64,000 bases of DNA from Podarcis erhardii (taxonomy: Eukaryota). Below, piece after piece: positions 25,757 through 38,465 of this stretch (its first letter is position 1; every line of letters starts with the position of its first letter). Below the pieces are notes generated by a model, which saw only the letters and a list, made by a program, of their open reading frames with translations, searched no databases and was not told the DNA's origin. Made by a program: the position numbers and the translations under genes. Location of the stretch: NCBI GenBank assembly GCA_964252035.1, contig OZ176201.1; one strand, given 5' to 3'.

Positions 25757-25830
25757 ACTGGTCCTGTTAGCTAGGGATGATGGGAGTTGAAGTCCCAAAA
25801 CATCTGGAGGGCCAAGTTTGCCTATGCCTG
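25757..25830. mobile_element. Right half of the 136-bp hAT MITE family
   Basis: CACTGGTCCTGTTAGCTAGGGATGATGGGAGTTG...AGTTTGCCTATGCCTG. Confidence 0.85.
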
Positions 25831-28231
25831 AATTAGACTGAAGCAGTAGCCATGAGCTCAGTTTGTAGACTCAGTTCCAGGATGGAGATTTCAGGTTAAG
25901 ATCCTTGCAGGTGCTACAGATAACAGGTTACACACCTAGGACTCTGAGATGAAAGCACAATGACTTACCTACACCATCAGATGTTCAAACAAGCTGGAAA
26001 TATACAACACATGTTCTTTTTTCCTTATCAACTTAGAACAGCTAGGCTGGTATTATCTCTCTTATATGAACACATGCACCTGCCTGTGAAGGGTCAAAGA
26101 CAATGCATACACCTCCTCTAGCAACTAGTTATGTCTCATTAGGAAGGCATTAACAATTTTGTGAGCCATTGCATTAATTTTTAGCACCCAAAACACTTTG
26201 TGCTTTGTAAATGGCAATGACTTCACAGTACAATCTCAAAAAAAGGGTTGCCGTTCACTAAATGATAGCTCCTCAAAATGGACAGAACATGGTCCATTAC
26301 TATTTATCAGTCTGGGGGACAAAATAATTTTTGGAGGGATCATGTATTGTATCACATGCCCTTACCTTCTGAAATCAATGAAATTGGAAATGCAAATATG
26401 ATGTCTATAATCCATGGTACTATTTTGGCTAGTGGAACAGAACATATTCCTCTGAAATCTCAAATGATGACCAGCACAAATTATGATCATGCTTATAAGG
26501 ATGATTTAGTATTTACCAAAGTAACCTTCTCAGGGTTAAGTTGGTTACTAATCTTATGACTAATTATCAAAAGCTGTAACACCAAGTCTGTCAACAGTGC
26601 TGTCTTCTGATGGACTGTAATGGTGTGGAGTGATAATGCAGGCCAGCTTCATGGATAATCTGTGTCTGTGTTGTTGAGAACTGTGTTAAAAAACTGATTT
26701 TGTAGCCAGCAGTACTGAATGCTATGAAAAGCTGGTGTGAATGTAATGACATCAATTGTGCCAACACATATCAAAGCAAGTATTAATATTTGCTTTACAC
26801 TTAATGCAACAGCTGACTTTTTGCCTCTAGGCCTCCAAAAAGCAGCCTGTTTTTAGATTGTTCACTTGGATATCACATATCTTGAATGTAACAAAAGTGT
26901 CAGCCAAAAACGAATTTCTCTGACGTATTTCCTTCCTCTTACCTCTTTGGCATAAAAAGGAGTAAAGCTTTAAAATGAACATATGACTATACAACACATG
27001 CTCATTCATTTTCTAGTTTGAATGCCAATTTACCATGAGCAGCAGTCACAATTTAGAGGTCCGGTGTTCAAGCAGATAGGTATTCAGTCCATATTTTCAG
27101 CAGTGGGAAAAGCACAGGCAGTCAATGTTGGATTTGGGGTACAGCAATTTCTGCACCCAGGAAGTTGCAGGTCTGGGTGGGTGTCACAAGGAAAGGCATC
27201 TTAACTGTGTTGAAACTTAAGTGGTTCATATGCCTGTTAACTCTGCATCTAATGTGCTACCCTGCTGGTTTAGGAAGCGGTGTACACATGACATTAACCA
27301 AAATCCACATATATTCTATTATGTGTCTATCCTGTCATTTCATATGAAATGCTGCATTTTGATGCATTTCTCCCCAACCTAGTTTCTGAATCAACTGAGA
27401 AAAAGAACAAATAAATAAAAGCCATGGGTGGTATCTTTACACTGTTGCTATAATGGAAAAGGAGGGGAGGAGATTATTGCCAATTTGGGGAAAGCCATGC
27501 GCTTAAAAGCATGGTATATATGAAGTCATTTACTTGGAAATAGGTCACAGTGAATTCAGTGGAACTTCCTCAGCTAAGGGTTGCAGCTTTAGACTAAGAG
27601 TAAGTCCCACAGTTCTTCTACGCAGGATTTATGTTTTGTTTGAATGATTGGGTTGCAATCTAGGCAGCCCTATCAAACACAGTAGGAAGTAGCTTCTAGT
27701 AAACAAGCAGTTATTTCCAAAAAAATATCATCCTCAGCACTTCACTGCCTAGAAACTGTGCCCAGGGAAGAGATGGGAGTACCAGCCACTACCTCTTCTT
27801 CCCTGCTATATTTGACCAAGCACAATCAAAAGGACTGGGCAAGAAATGGTTGCAAGGAGAGGCCACTGCTGCTTCTGATTGCTCACTTGCCACCTTGTTC
27901 GCAGAAGCTCTCTCTGCTCACTTACCCTTTCTCTTTCCACGGCATGGGTGGGAACGACTAGGACCCGAGTGAATGAGCGGGTGGGTGAGCAAAAACTTGC
28001 CACCATCTCAACTGGCCTTCTGTCCCCCTCTGGGTGGGAAGGATTTGCTGTGCACAGAGGAAGAGTGCAGGAGGCGACTAAATGTAATGGTTGCTCCTTG
28101 CGCAAGCAGCTGCCTTTACTTACTTGTACACCTGTTTTCTCCCTGTGGACAGAGGTGGCATCTCTCTCTCTCTTTCGAGGCCACAGGTAGGCAACGTCAT
28201 GCCCTCAGCATCCTTCTTGGGGGCTTCGCAT

Positions 28232-28302
28232 TGCTTGGCCACTGTGGGAACAGGATACATGGGCCTTTGATCCAGCAGGGCTCTTCTGATGTTCTTATGT
28301 CC
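28232..28302 (+). mobile_element. CR1 tail fragment
   Basis: TTGGCCACTGTGGGAACAGGA...GATCCAGCAGGGCTCTTCTGATGTTCTTATG. Confidence 0.6.
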
Positions 28303-28331
28303 TCCAGAGGTTGCTGAATTTCAGCTCCCAT

Positions 28332-28480
28332 GGGATGGCTCAGTTGGTAGAGCATGAGACTCTTAGTCTGAGGGTTGCGGGTTCGAGCCCCACATTGGAC
28401 CAAAAGATTCCTGCATTGCAGGGATTTGGACTAGATGGTCCTCACAGTCCCTTCCAACTCCATAATTCGATGATTTGATG
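28332..28480 (+). mobile_element. tRNA-Lys(CTT)-derived SINE with CR1-like tail
   Basis: Head GGCTCAGTTGGTAGAGCATGAGACTCTTAGTCTGAGGGTTGCGGGTTCGAGCCCCACATTGG follows tRNA-Lys-CTT but the acceptor stem is broken; box A 28336-28347, box B 28380-28390; tail ..GGACTAGATG..CCCTTCCAACTC.. Confidence 0.88.
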
Positions 28481-29109
28481 ACCATTGGCCATGCTGACTG
28501 CTGCCAACAGAGGCTGGAGTCCATGTTAGGCAGGCCCAACCTTCTCTCCAAGCTACCCAGAGAAACAGCAAGAAATCAGCTGATCTCTGCCCACTGCCTC
28601 CCCTCTTTCTTGGTAGCACTGTGAGGCGAGCTGCCCTAGCTGGAGAGCATGGAGGAACTTTCTGGCCCAAGCATTACTGTATTATTATTTTTTTGAGGAC
28701 GCAATTGGCGAACCTAATAGGCCTAGCAGTCCCTTCCCTCAGGTTGACTCATGGCCAACCTTCTCTCCCGCCTAAAACACTCCTTGTCATTGGCGTCGCC
28801 TGGCTGCACAGGAAGCTGCCTCAGAAAGAGGAGGGGCGGCCCGGGCAGGTCCTCAGCCAAGCGCCGCGTGCCAGACTTTCCACGCCGCCTCCCCGACCAG
28901 GGTCAGCAGCACCACCAGCCCCGCTAGCGCCGCCCAGCTCTCTCTCGGCGGCTGGACGCGGCGGGCTCGGCTGCGCCTTAACTTTACCCCGGCGCGGGGC
29001 GGGCTTTGGCTACTTTGGCGGGAGAGGCGGAGTGGGGGGTACGGAGCCTCCCGGCGGCAGGTGCGGGTCTCTTCTGGCGGGGGCGGGGCCGCTTCGCCGG
29101 GCTCCTCGG

Positions 29110-29307
29110 AGCGGGCTCGCGAGCGCCTTTGTGTCGTGAGGGGAGAAAGGAAGAAGCCAGAGCCGGGAGACTACAGCGGAGCAGCAGCCACTGAGCAGCG
29201 GGCGCCGAGCTTTAAATGAGCATTCACACCGCGCGGGGAGAGCAGCGCGGGCTGGCTCGGACGGAGCGCGTGTGGAGGCAGCGAGCGCGTCCCCTCGGCT
29301 CCAGCAG
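29110..29307 (+). other. Probable first (5' UTR) exon of an unidentified gene; TSS approximate
   Basis: Starts just after the GC boxes and ends at a strong donor CCAGCAG|GTAGGT; contains an upstream ATG at 29216. Confidence 0.6.
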
Positions 29308-29764
29308 GTAGGTCGGGCGCCAGGAGGAACGCGAGGCTGGGGGAGAAGAAGGAGAAGAAGCAGAAGCAGAAGCAGGGGCAAAGCGGGAGGCTGTCTGAAG
29401 CAAGACAGCGAAGAAGAAAGGCTCTTTGGCGGGCAAGGGAGGAGGGGGGAGGCTCCGAAGAGCCAAAGGGAAACGCTGCTAGCGGGACAAGGCGCCAGGG
29501 AAAGAAGGACACGGAGCGGAAGGGAGTTGCTCGGAGGCTTGGGGAGATGAGGGTCCAGCCCGGGATGTCAGTGGTCAGGGTGGAATGAGAGGAACCAGAG
29601 GGGCTGGATCGAGCGCCAAATGGTGATTCTGATCTGGAATCCTCTGTTTAATGTGCTCTGGACAATGTTTTGGAAAGGGTGGTTCTGCCCTGGTCACTAG
29701 TTTGCATTGCCCCCTCCCCATCCACACTGTTTCTAATTTTCCACAGAGGGGGTGGAGAATACTA

Positions 29765-29819
29765 ATGATTTGGTTTGCGTTGCTGGTGCGCGTCTTTGGC
29801 GCCTCGAAAGGATGGGCAG
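29765..29819 (+). CDS. Candidate start-codon exon, MIWFALLVRVFGASKGWA+G (phase-1 donor); weak signal-peptide-like leader
   Basis: Acceptor TTTCTAATTTTCCACAG|A (exon begins 29747), A at -3 of the ATG, donor GCAG|GTAAAC; a 55-nt phase-1 leader exon is typical of secreted or surface proteins; no homolog recognised; Arg in the hydrophobic core weakens the call. Confidence 0.33.
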
Positions 29820-32800
29820 GTAAACCCAGGCGCGCAGCTGTGGACACTTTCGCCCAAACGGAAGCGAGCGTTTTGCTGCCCAGCCATATTTTTGTTTTAT
29901 CTAGGTCGCCGTCTTTCTACCTGTGGAATCTACCTGTCCTGGACAGATACACTGTGCTGTGCTTTAGTGTGCAAAGACTATCTCAGCAGCTTACAGTTCT
30001 GAACTTAACGCTGTAAACTGAACAAGATGCCACAATTCCACGTTGTGGAAATGTGTGTGGTGAAATAACCATTGGTGTCTAACTGGCACAGTTTGCTACT
30101 GTGTACATAGAGCTTTCTGAAACAGCAACAAAACGATGTTTGAGGTTGTGTGTTTTTTTAAAAAAAAAAGTCTTGCACGAAACATTCACATTTGTATAGT
30201 TTGAGCAGATGGGAAAGCCTGGCGAATACAAGAGGCTATAAAATGTGAAGAAGGTGGATAATATGCACAGGTACCCAAGTGTAGGCTGTTAAAGCGTAGT
30301 AAGGTTGTTGTAAACCATGTCTGCAATCCTATACACATTGTCCAAATAGTAAGCCCTATGGAACTGAATGGAGCACACTCTGGAGTATTATCTATGGAAT
30401 TGTACTATAGATGGAGCCAGCCTTTTCAAAATATAATTGGATCTGGCATAACCCTTCATCAAATACCATTTTGATGACTATGTCTTAAGTTAAAACAAAA
30501 TTAGGTTTTCTTAGCATGCAAAACTCTTTTATTCTTGTGGTTGCCCTAGTATAAAAAATTATCAGACACACTCTGAGACAATATTGTGTTGCCAGCTGTG
30601 CCCAAAGATTTGCCTTTTCTCTGTGCTGATTGTTGGCCACTTTGTGTTTGCTTCTCATTTGCACCCTGTCATGTTGCCTTCTGCACAGTGATATCAGCAG
30701 TGACACAGAATGCTTGAGATGCTCCTGAAAGCCAAGAGCTTTGGTAATGAAGGTCACTGAGCAGGCATTTACCTAATGTCAGCAGAGTCATTCTTGTTCC
30801 CAACTTATCCCTAGAGGCAGAGTTCTTTAAGGTACTGAACTCCAGCCTAACCTAAATTTACCTGTAGATTACTGAATTGCAGAACTCTCTGGACATAAAC
30901 ATACAAGACCCTCAGTGAAACTGATGTACTGCGTTTCCCCCTTTTCGTATAGGCTGCATTTATTCAATAGTCCCATGCTTCGTTGGGGCTACCTATCTAA
31001 TTAAATTCAGTGAGAGTTCAGTGAGTAAACATGCAAAGAATTGCAGTGCATTGCAACTAAATAAAGCATTTTTAAAAACATTTAGCTTGAAACCTTTCTG
31101 TTCTGTTGAAGTAGCCAGTCTGGGCAGATAAAAACAACATTAATAAAATGGCAGCGTCAACTGGAACCACTAAATTTTGTATTCGAATGAGTTGATAAAT
31201 GCATTTTAATGAACCTAGTCAATAAATCATTATAAACATCTGGCAATGATTCAGACAGCTCCACATTATTTCTGTTTGAATTTGGGACAGAAGAATGAGA
31301 TAAGAAGTCAATGAAAATGTAATTACCAGTGGCATTAATATTTTTCTTAAATGGAATGTCAGGAATGTTAAAACGTTTTATGCGTTGATTCAGAAATTAT
31401 CAGTGAAACAATAATGGATGTTGCATTGCATTTGTAAATGGAGTGGTGTGTGTTTCTTTCATTCAGTGGAATATATTCATTATTTTTTCCCATTGATGTT
31501 GCCAGTCTTCCAAAATAAATGGAAATTTCAAATAAAATTGAATAAAAACAGTCAAATTTAAAATTTACATTAACAACCTTTGCTTTTATGTAATGTCTAA
31601 TTGAAATAAGCAACTAATTTCAGTTTCAACAGTGAAAGGACAGTGGAACTTGCTTCTCAGTAGACATGTATAGGATTGTATTGCCAATAGGTGAAGCATC
31701 ACATATGTTACCAACGTAACAAATGTCATAGGGAGTACAGAGACCTTTATTCCAATCTTTTCTGATAATTTTTCATTAAAGCAGTCCATGTCATCTTCAC
31801 CAATGAAGGCTTAACTAGGATAATGTGAAAATTAAAAATAACTTTTTCAAAGAATTGAGATGTTTCAAACCAACATGGTTGAAGTTTGATGCAGAATTAG
31901 AATTCTGAATGATAAAATAAATATATAAAGCATTTATAAACCAGTTCATATTGTAGTTAAGAAGCTATAATTTCTGTTCACTTTACATATTTGCTCTGCT
32001 GCAGTGAAATTTATTTAAACATCCTCATAAGATGCAAGCAAACTTTAAAGGAAACCAGGTCAGGAATAGATTGCGGGCATACAATCTATGCAATTTATGT
32101 CCAGAAAGAAACTAGATACAATATGACAAACTTCTTTTCCATGCACAGATCAGTTTTCTTTAGGGAAATATATCTTTAAATTTTGCTGTTGCAAGAGTCA
32201 ATTGCAATATGGTTTGGGACCATTTTATATGAGAGTATATAGCTGTCTAGAGACCAATATTGATCTAGCCAGAGTTGAGCACTTTTGAATTCCACTTATT
32301 TCAGTGGCAGAGATTTAGGAAGGCATACTTTTAATTAATGGATCTTAAAACTGCTTAACTGTAGACTGATCGTGCTAATAGCTCATTAATTTTATAAGGC
32401 TTATTTCCAGTACAGAGCTCATATGTGAGTGAAAATATGATCCTGAGCACAGATTGGTGCTTAAATAATACTGACTTCTGGATTCAAGCATACTGTTGAT
32501 GGGATTACAACCAAAACAGTTTAGAAGATTAGGTTTCGGCAAATAAATCTATTGCTGTTTTTATCATAGACAGCAAAGTAACTTGCCTTTGGATTGAAAT
32601 GACATACAAAACAAATATCTGCAACTGGATAATAAACTTCAATGAGATATTCACTGAAAATTTTGAATAAGACCATGGTATGTCTTCAAAGACCGGAAAA
32701 AGACAAAAGATCTGAAAGAAATCTTTACCATAAAGTTAATAAGAACAGAACCTTTTCCCCTGGCTTTCTTTTATTCTTATTGGGTGGCTTCTGATAGCTA

Positions 32801-35800
32801 GAGGCAATGAATTACTAATCTTAAAGCAGATGATGTCATCACATTCTTCCACTTGATTGATCATCAAAATAGGACAATAATGGGTTCTGAAGTATATGCC
32901 CCATCCCCTTAAAATTACTCATTCCTTGCAGGGACTGCCTGTCCTGTAGTGCTAAATTTCAAGTAAAAAAGTCAACCTAATATGTAAATAAATGTGTACA
33001 TTCATACATTTAAGAATAAAAGACACAATGGGATTTAAACGGACAGAAAACTGCATGATCGTCCCCCTATGTGTGTGTGCGTGTGTGCGTGCGTGCTGTA
33101 GATATGGCTTTCAGAGAATGAATTTTAAGCTCTAATTGAAAGAGGTATGAATGCATTGGGCATTCTCATTACATTTTGAACCTATTTTTCAATAAATTAT
33201 TTTAAACTGGTAGTTTTCACAAATGGTAAGCAATTCACTCTTGATCTTGTTAGCACACCTAGGCTAACAGGAGATGACTAATTCTGTTATTGACAAAGCT
33301 AAATTAGTTTACAAAAATGATATATAGTCTTCAGAAAGGTTGAATGGTGAGCTGAATTAACATCCAATTACAATGATAAATAATATAAAATTACAAGAGA
33401 TGTTACATCAGTTGTCTATTATGACATCTATAATTTCAAAAATAATGCTAATAATATTTCAGGCTGTGGCCTTAACCCATTTTGCTTACTTGGGTGTAGA
33501 TTTCAGTAAAAACTAGTGCTGGGTGATGATAACATTTTAGGTGTTATATTATGGGAGAATTAAAATGGGCCTTATTTTACGGATACAATATTAATTTGCA
33601 GAGCTTACAATGCATGGTAGCTGTTGATCTGATCCTTCCATATTGAAACAGTATCAGCAAATGTGGGATTATTCTGGAATGGAAAGAGAAAGGAAGGAGA
33701 CTCAAAGTACGTAAGAGAGAAAATTTAAAGGCTCATTACAAAATTAAATTGTGGCGGTAGACTCTATTCTGGCCTGTCTATGAAATGCCTGGGACTGATT
33801 TGGCTTTTGCAATTCTCCATTTGAACTTTCCTGTTTTAATTTAAATTTTCATACTTTGTGAGCATTCTATTGTACAGCAAAACAGAAGATTATCAGGGGT
33901 TCATTTACCAAAATGAGCATAATGAGTAGACAGTGATTGTAATGTAAATATTACCTTTTGAACTCAAGAAGGGTATATGAGAAGGAGGGGTTTATGAGAG
34001 AGAGAATAATGAGGAGGGTGTACTATAGACTCCTCCCACAGGCAGTGGTCACAGTGACCAATAAATAGGTTTTTACTAAAGTAATACCATAGGCCTCTTT
34101 TCAGTTCAGTCATTTTTAGCAGAGATCATTGAAACACATGACGTCTCCAATGATCATTTGATGTTGTATGCACAAAGATAGCAGATTAGATGCAAGTTAA
34201 AGACATCTTAAATTGGAACTGACACACTATAAACAACTAGTACAGACATGTTCTTAGGCTCTGCTCTCGATGCTCTCTGCAACATCACCTCAGTTCACTT
34301 CACTGGAACTTGTGTTGAAGAGGGCTATGCATTTACACTGAAACAGGATGACAACCTAGCACCCAGATTCAAAGCACTACACATTGCACAAAGCAATTCT
34401 GAAATATGAACCTATTTTTGTACGACATTTTCCTTTGAGTCGAATTGGTAGCAAAAGGTCATTGTATTTCAGAACGGAATGATAAGCCAATAGCTTCACG
34501 GTATTTTTTGTGATACGTCTTCCAGATAGATAACTATTTTAAAATAGATCTGCATTTAAATCATTTTATGTCTCAGCAGACCTTGTTTGTTTAGAGGAAT
34601 CCTTTGAAATCATAGAAAAGCAAAATACATTTTTTCAAGCTATTTTAGGAATGAAAATTATTCAGTTATGAACATTAATAATATTAGAGGATTAAAATGG
34701 TTTGAAGGTGTGATCATTAAAGCTTGTGAATATTTTCGTATGGTAAATTGGTAAGACTTTTTAGATTTTGTTTGATTCATTCAAGATTATTAGAGACAGA
34801 AAACTCAGATGGCATAAAACTGGTACAAGCACCATTTGCAGAAAGGAGGATTAGTCTTCACATCCAATAAGATCAAGGTTAGGGTCAATATTTTGCATTC
34901 TTTAAATCTGATAAATGGCATGGTTTGTTGACGCAACATTTTAATTGAAGCCAATAATTTGAACCCTGTGGAGATTTACAGAAGAGATAGTCAGCTGAAC
35001 TGAGAGCGTTGTCTCTTGTAATGTTAGTAGGTTCCTCAATCTGTAATTGTTATAATCTAGGAGAATTTGACAGGCATGCTTAACAAGCAATGGGTAATAG
35101 TGATACATGCTTGACCCTATACATGTAAACACTTACAAGCTGCACATAGTAAATTAATATAGTAATATTAAAGCCCCTCTGGAGCTCACCATATATACTC
35201 TAAAACGTAATTCTTCATGGAAAAAATCTCTTAAATATTGAGTTAGTATTTAATTGAAATGCTCATTTAATATTTTTTCCTTGGAGTTATTTTTTTTTGT
35301 TCAGCTGTTGAATTTAATAAGTGGTATAATTTTCTGGCTCTTGTATGCATAATGCATTATGAAAATGCAAGTTGAAGGCAAAATGTGAATTTGAGTTCTG
35401 GGCCTTCTGGTGAATTTTAGGCAAGCACCAATGATATTGCTATAGTTAGTTATTCCTCAGTCACATAGGCATATCTGGTTGAATTTTAGAATCCCTAGTA
35501 TGGTGAGAGTAATTCTGAGCCTGATTAATAAGCATTAATTCAGTTGTGGCTTCTTGACTGCTTGAAGAATGACAATGAAAAAGTCATTATTGTGACAGAA
35601 TTCATTTTGGAAAGACAAGGTCAGTTGTAGCCATGATTTAAGAAGCCAAAAGATGAGGTAATAATATCTTGTGGCACTGTAGTGATCTAATGATGGGAGA
35701 CAAGACACACTGCTATTATATTATATAAACCTTTCAATATTCTAAGGAAGGGATACATGCAAAACTTGCTACAACTTTTTTAGCCAAAAGAATACAACCT

Positions 35801-37784
35801 GTATCAGTAGATACTGGGGGGGGGGGGGAGAGAGAGAGAATGTCCAAACCGTCTTAAATGTATGCTTCTGCCATACAATTACGAAAGCAAGAGATAAAAC
35901 GAATCTAATTTCAGGCTAGTTGAGTAGGCTGAATGTCAAAATACAACTAAAATAAGTTAATAACATTTAGGGAAATGCTTATTATATCAGAATTCATTGC
36001 ATTGGGTAAAAAATTCCAAGCTATTTATGATCTATTGCTTTTCTGTTGATTGAATTTAAATGAAAACTTGCAGTTTCAAAGTGTTAGGTGTTTTTAAAGT
36101 CTTGATAAATCAAATAAGCTTTTATTTCATTGGAAATCAGAAGCAAAACTATACAATGGCTACATGAGTAAAGTTGTATCCAGAGCCAGGTATGCCTTGA
36201 GTTACTATAGTAAATTTCAGTTCCATACTATTAACTAATGTCATGTTAATTTCCTTTTTAAATATATGTATGTCAAACATAAGGTTAATTAAAGTTAATG
36301 GAGTTTTAATACTTACTTTTATGGGCCAGTAATTTAACATGAATGCAAATATATTTATAAGTAGACTGGGGGGGGGTCTATATACTGCAACAAACCATGG
36401 GGACCAAGAGCTGTCAGAAGCTACTCTGCGGAGTAATGGCATCAGGTTGAGGATATTTTGGAAATACTAAATTTAAGGATAAACTATAGACATTCATTTT
36501 TATGCTACATGCTTGATTATACTACAATCTTATAATCTCTTCATGGGGAGCATGTTCTGTTGAACTTAATTGTATTACTTTGGAGTAAAAAACTGAAGTA
36601 CGCATACTTTAATGTCCTTCCCACTGAAATCAGTTGGATATTGTAAAATAACATTTTTCTTTATTAAGGTATGGTCTTTCCTCTTGATACTTTTTGATTT
36701 TAATTACCAGCTTTTGATATGAAGGGAAGTGCTGGTGTTCAATATGCACCAACACTGTTGAGAACAGATATAGTGCATTATTTCCTCAGTCAACTCTACT
36801 GGCAGTATCTGTTGAGAGAAATATTTTTGTTTTCCTTAGCAATTTAAGATGCTGAGAAGGCCTCCATTCATATGTAGAATGAACATGAAACACTATATAC
36901 CTTTGTCGCTTGTATTGACAAATGCATTTTTCAGCTTTGCAGTTGAATTTTACTTTCACTAACAGTTTCATAATAATTTTAGTTCAAAGTAAGTTTTCTT
37001 AATGTATTTTCAGCTGTAAAAATAGAAAAACTAAAAAATAGAGAAAATAAAACTCAAAAGGACTTGAAATTCATTCTTACAGAAATTCAAACATGCCATT
37101 TATACCTCTATTCTCTTTATATTTAATTTTTATAATAAAAGGGATAAATGTATAAAAGTGTTTTATAATATGTGCATTTATATGTAATAGAATATTTTAA
37201 AGAGGGGAAAAAAACATGAGTTTTCCCTTTAAAGTGGCCAGTATGTTTTTGCTCTGGCAATGCTTATATCTTCTTCGTAGTCTTTTCAAATGAAAATGTA
37301 GCAGGATTGGTGCATCTGTTCCATGTTTTTTCAGTTGATAATAAAGCGAAGTTGCTAGTTTGTGAAATCACAGAAGTCTATTGCAATTTTAATGCTGAAA
37401 TATAAGAACTGATTGAGAGCATATTTTAAAGCAGGCACAAGTATGCAGTGACTTCCTTGCTAGTCCATCATTTTTTCAATTATAATACACCAACTCAATT
37501 TTCTTTCGATACAACTTGCAAACAAGCATGTAATGAGTAGATATGGTTGTTTTTATTACCAGAATAGTCTCCATTTGATTGAATGCTATTTTGCCACCAG
37601 TTTACTTTATCGTCTTTCCTTGCCCATCAAGTGAGGCTGAGAATAAAATGTTGTTACTCAGAACATTGGGATTTTGATGGGTTTATATAGCAAAGGGACA
37701 CCCTTTAACATTTCTGCTTCTCCTGAGTTCTTTAAGTCATTTTGAGATATTTTTGGGTGACACCATATTCTTCTGGATCCACTA

Positions 37785-38465
37785 CTGTCACGTGAGGCAG
37801 AGATGGCACCAGTAGTACAGAGTGCTTTCCAGCAGTTGGTGGCCCAACTACAACCCTATCTGGACTGGGATAACTTGGCTGCTCTAACCTATGCTCTGGA
37901 AACCTCAGTACTGAACTATGGCAATGCACTTTACCCAGCTGCCTTTGAAAACAGGTTGGGAACTTTAATTAATGTGGAAAGCAGCTGCCCAGCTGTTTAC
38001 AGGTTTGAGACAAATAGATCACCAATTCTGTTCCCATTACACAGGCTACCCCAGTTCTTCTGAGCCCCATTCAAAGTCCTGGTCTTGATAGCTCAGGACC
38101 CCAGTATCTTATGGGATGCCTCTTCCATTATGAATCTACCCAGATCCTTAGATTGGCATTTGAGACTCTGCTCCTCCTCTGAATAAGGCTTGGAGGGTGA
38201 TGACAAGTCTTTTCCATTGTGGTCCTCTCTGTGAAATGCTCTGCACAGCTTGGGCTGCCTACTACCTTCCCAGGCTTTTGAAAGACAAGAGTGGAGTTTG
38301 TATCATTGTTAGTGTGTTGTGAAAGTTTCCTATTGCAGTTATGGGGACGATGTGTGCTTTTTAAATGTTGTATATGGTATAATATATTTATGTCTATGTT
38401 TTTACATGTAAATTGCTTGGAGACTTTTAAGTAACAAGTAACTATTAAATAGATTATAATAATAT
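37785..38465 (+). mobile_element. Degenerate L2 LINE 3' part
   Basis: QMAPVVQSAFQQLVAQLQPYLDWDNLAALTYALETSVLNYGNALY = L2 RT C-terminal motif; AT-rich tail at ~38460. Confidence 0.82.

Larger units (their letters stand above)
28780..29900. promoter_or_regulatory. CpG island / TATA-less Pol II promoter
   Basis: Abrupt rise in GC and CpG against a CpG-depleted background; GC boxes (28996-29004, 29076-29090); E2F-like TTTGGCGGG (29014, 29425); AP-1 TGACTCA at 28745-28751 just upstream; ATTGG at ~28704 and ~28789. Confidence 0.92.

Noticed and set aside
28332-28400. Functional tRNA-Lys(CTT) gene
   Set aside because: The acceptor stem does not pair, the anticodon arm is mutated, and it runs directly into a CR1-like tail, so it is a SINE head.
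29010-29381. Minus-strand ORF starting 'MPLLLLLLLLLLLPQP', resembling a signal peptide
   Set aside because: Starts at TTG with no in-frame ATG back to the upstream stop near 29570; the Leu run is the reverse complement of GAA/GCA repeats, and GC-rich DNA lacks stops by composition.
28621-29550. Overlapping long ORFs across the CpG island (172 aa, 113 aa, 92 aa etc.)
   Set aside because: Low-complexity Arg/Gly/Pro/Ala frames expected in GC-rich DNA; no domain recognised.
29765-29819. Assigning the leader to IGSF9/IGSF9B, CADM2 or KIRREL
   Set aside because: Only the MIW/MVW start and exon length are similar; the residues do not match well enough to name a gene.
35565-35620. Kinase-like NDNEKVIIVTEFILERQ mini-frame with a GTCAGT donor
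   Set aside because: Weak acceptor, too short, and no partner exons.
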